Origin: Nitrospirales bacterium
GTDB lineage: Bacteria > Nitrospirota > Nitrospiria > Nitrospirales > UBA8639
Assembly: GCA_965203295.1 (NCBI GenBank)
Contig: CBDBCZ010000019.1
Coordinates: 2,048,001-2,112,000 of the forward strand
Direction: 5' to 3'
Length of the DNA: 64,000 nt
In this document: positions 63,293 through 64,000 of the stretch, in pieces
Position numbering within the stretch: position 1 is the stretch's first letter
Layout: each line of letters starts with the position of its first letter
Translations under genes and position numbers: made by a program
Notes under the pieces: generated by a model
The model's database searches: none
Seen by the model: only the letters and a program-made list of their open reading frames with translations
Told to the model about the DNA's origin: nothing

Positions 63293-64000
63293 TTAAACAA
63301 TAGAAGAAATGATCAAGAGAGCCACAATATTGATCACTTTAATCATAGGGTTAATGGCAGGACCTGCCGTGTCTTTAAAAGGATCTCCAACCGTATCTCC
63401 AGTCACTGCGGCTTTATGAGTCTCTGTCCCTTTTTTCCCCTGCTCTTCAATATATTTCTTGGCATTATCCCATGCTCCCCCTCCACTTGTCATCGTAATG
63501 GCCAAAAATAATCCTGTTACGATACTTCCAACCAACACTCCTCCCAGCGCAGCCGGGCCTAAAATTACGCCAACCAAAATCGGAGAGATCACTGGGATGA
63601 TCCCAGGAATCATCATTTTTTGGAGAGCAGCCTGGGTGACGATATCCACACATTTACCGTATTCTGGTTTCCCCGTCCCCTCCATAATCCCTTTAATTTC
63701 ACGAAACTGCCGACGAACTTCTTCAACGATCAAACCTCCGGCTTCACCAACCGCTTTCATACACAACGCACCGAAGATAAAAGGAAGCATCCCTCCAATG
63801 AATAATCCCACCAGGATACTCGGATTTGAAAGATCAAAAGCTATGGGATTGGCTCCCGCACTCGCAGCCCTCGCATACTCTGCAAACAACACGAGTGCCG
63901 CTAGCGCTGCTGACCCAATCGCATATCCTTTGGTCACGGCTTTCGTGGTGTTTCCCACAGCATCCAGAGCATCCGTTATTTCGCGAACATCAGCCCCTAA
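63293..64000 (-). CDS. hppA: Membrane proton-translocating pyrophosphatase, K+-independent type, 5'-partial
   Basis: [10 protein letters not shown] (Lys at the K+-dependence determinant), [20 protein letters not shown]. Confidence 0.93.
   Translation of the reverse strand, partial: LGADVREITDALDAVGNTTKAVTKGYAIGSAALAALVLFAEYARAASAGANPIAFDLSNPSILVGLFIGGMLPFIFGALCMKAVGEAGGLIVEEVRRQFREIKGIMEGTGKPEYGKCVDIVTQAALQKMMIPGIIPVISPILVGVILGPAALGGVLVGSIVTGLFLAITMTSGGGAWDNAKKYIEEQGKKGTETHKAAVTGDTVGDPFKDTAGPAINPMIKVINIVALLIISSIV

Overview
Bacterial chromosomal window, most likely from a Nitrospirota/Nitrospirales organism (Nitrospira-type EF-Tu motif [18 protein letters not shown], Pup, gene order); this assignment is inferred, not searched. 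Region 1-11.6 kb is an iron island. It holds an Fe3+ ABC transporter, a His-rich Spy/CpxP-like periplasmic protein, ApbE, a porin, an FMN-binding protein with an SGAT flavinylation motif, an unassigned His-containing membrane protein and three Fur-like boxes overlapping or just downstream of sigma70 promoters. The best candidate for an undescribed system is at 6.76-7.22 kb. A Fur-boxed promoter drives a phage Mu Com-like zinc-ribbon protein with no prophage context. It is followed by tandem Com-site-like RNA hairpins (GAG-NN-CC-NNN-GAG-NN-CC), the last of which is mutually exclusive with a hairpin that hides the porin Shine-Dalgarno. This looks like a domesticated Com-type translational switch in iron uptake. 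A second candidate is a Fur-boxed ~240-nt non-coding RNA with anti-SD loops (10.87-11.11 kb). Region 12-23 kb holds aroB/aroC, a decaying type IV pilus operon, a frameshifted rapZ, rpoN and lptBAC. Region 23.6-57.7 kb is the ribosomal superoperon (alpha, spc, S10, str, rpoBC, rplKAJL, nusG/secE, two tuf copies, four tRNAs). It includes an in-frame L10-L7/L12 fusion with an internal start and an rpmD gene interrupted by TGA. The window ends with a DUF192 gene, rel, recJ, an orphan pup and a partial hppA. Many pseudogenes, short exact tandem duplications and substitutions at conserved residues suggest genome erosion, though assembly error is not excluded.
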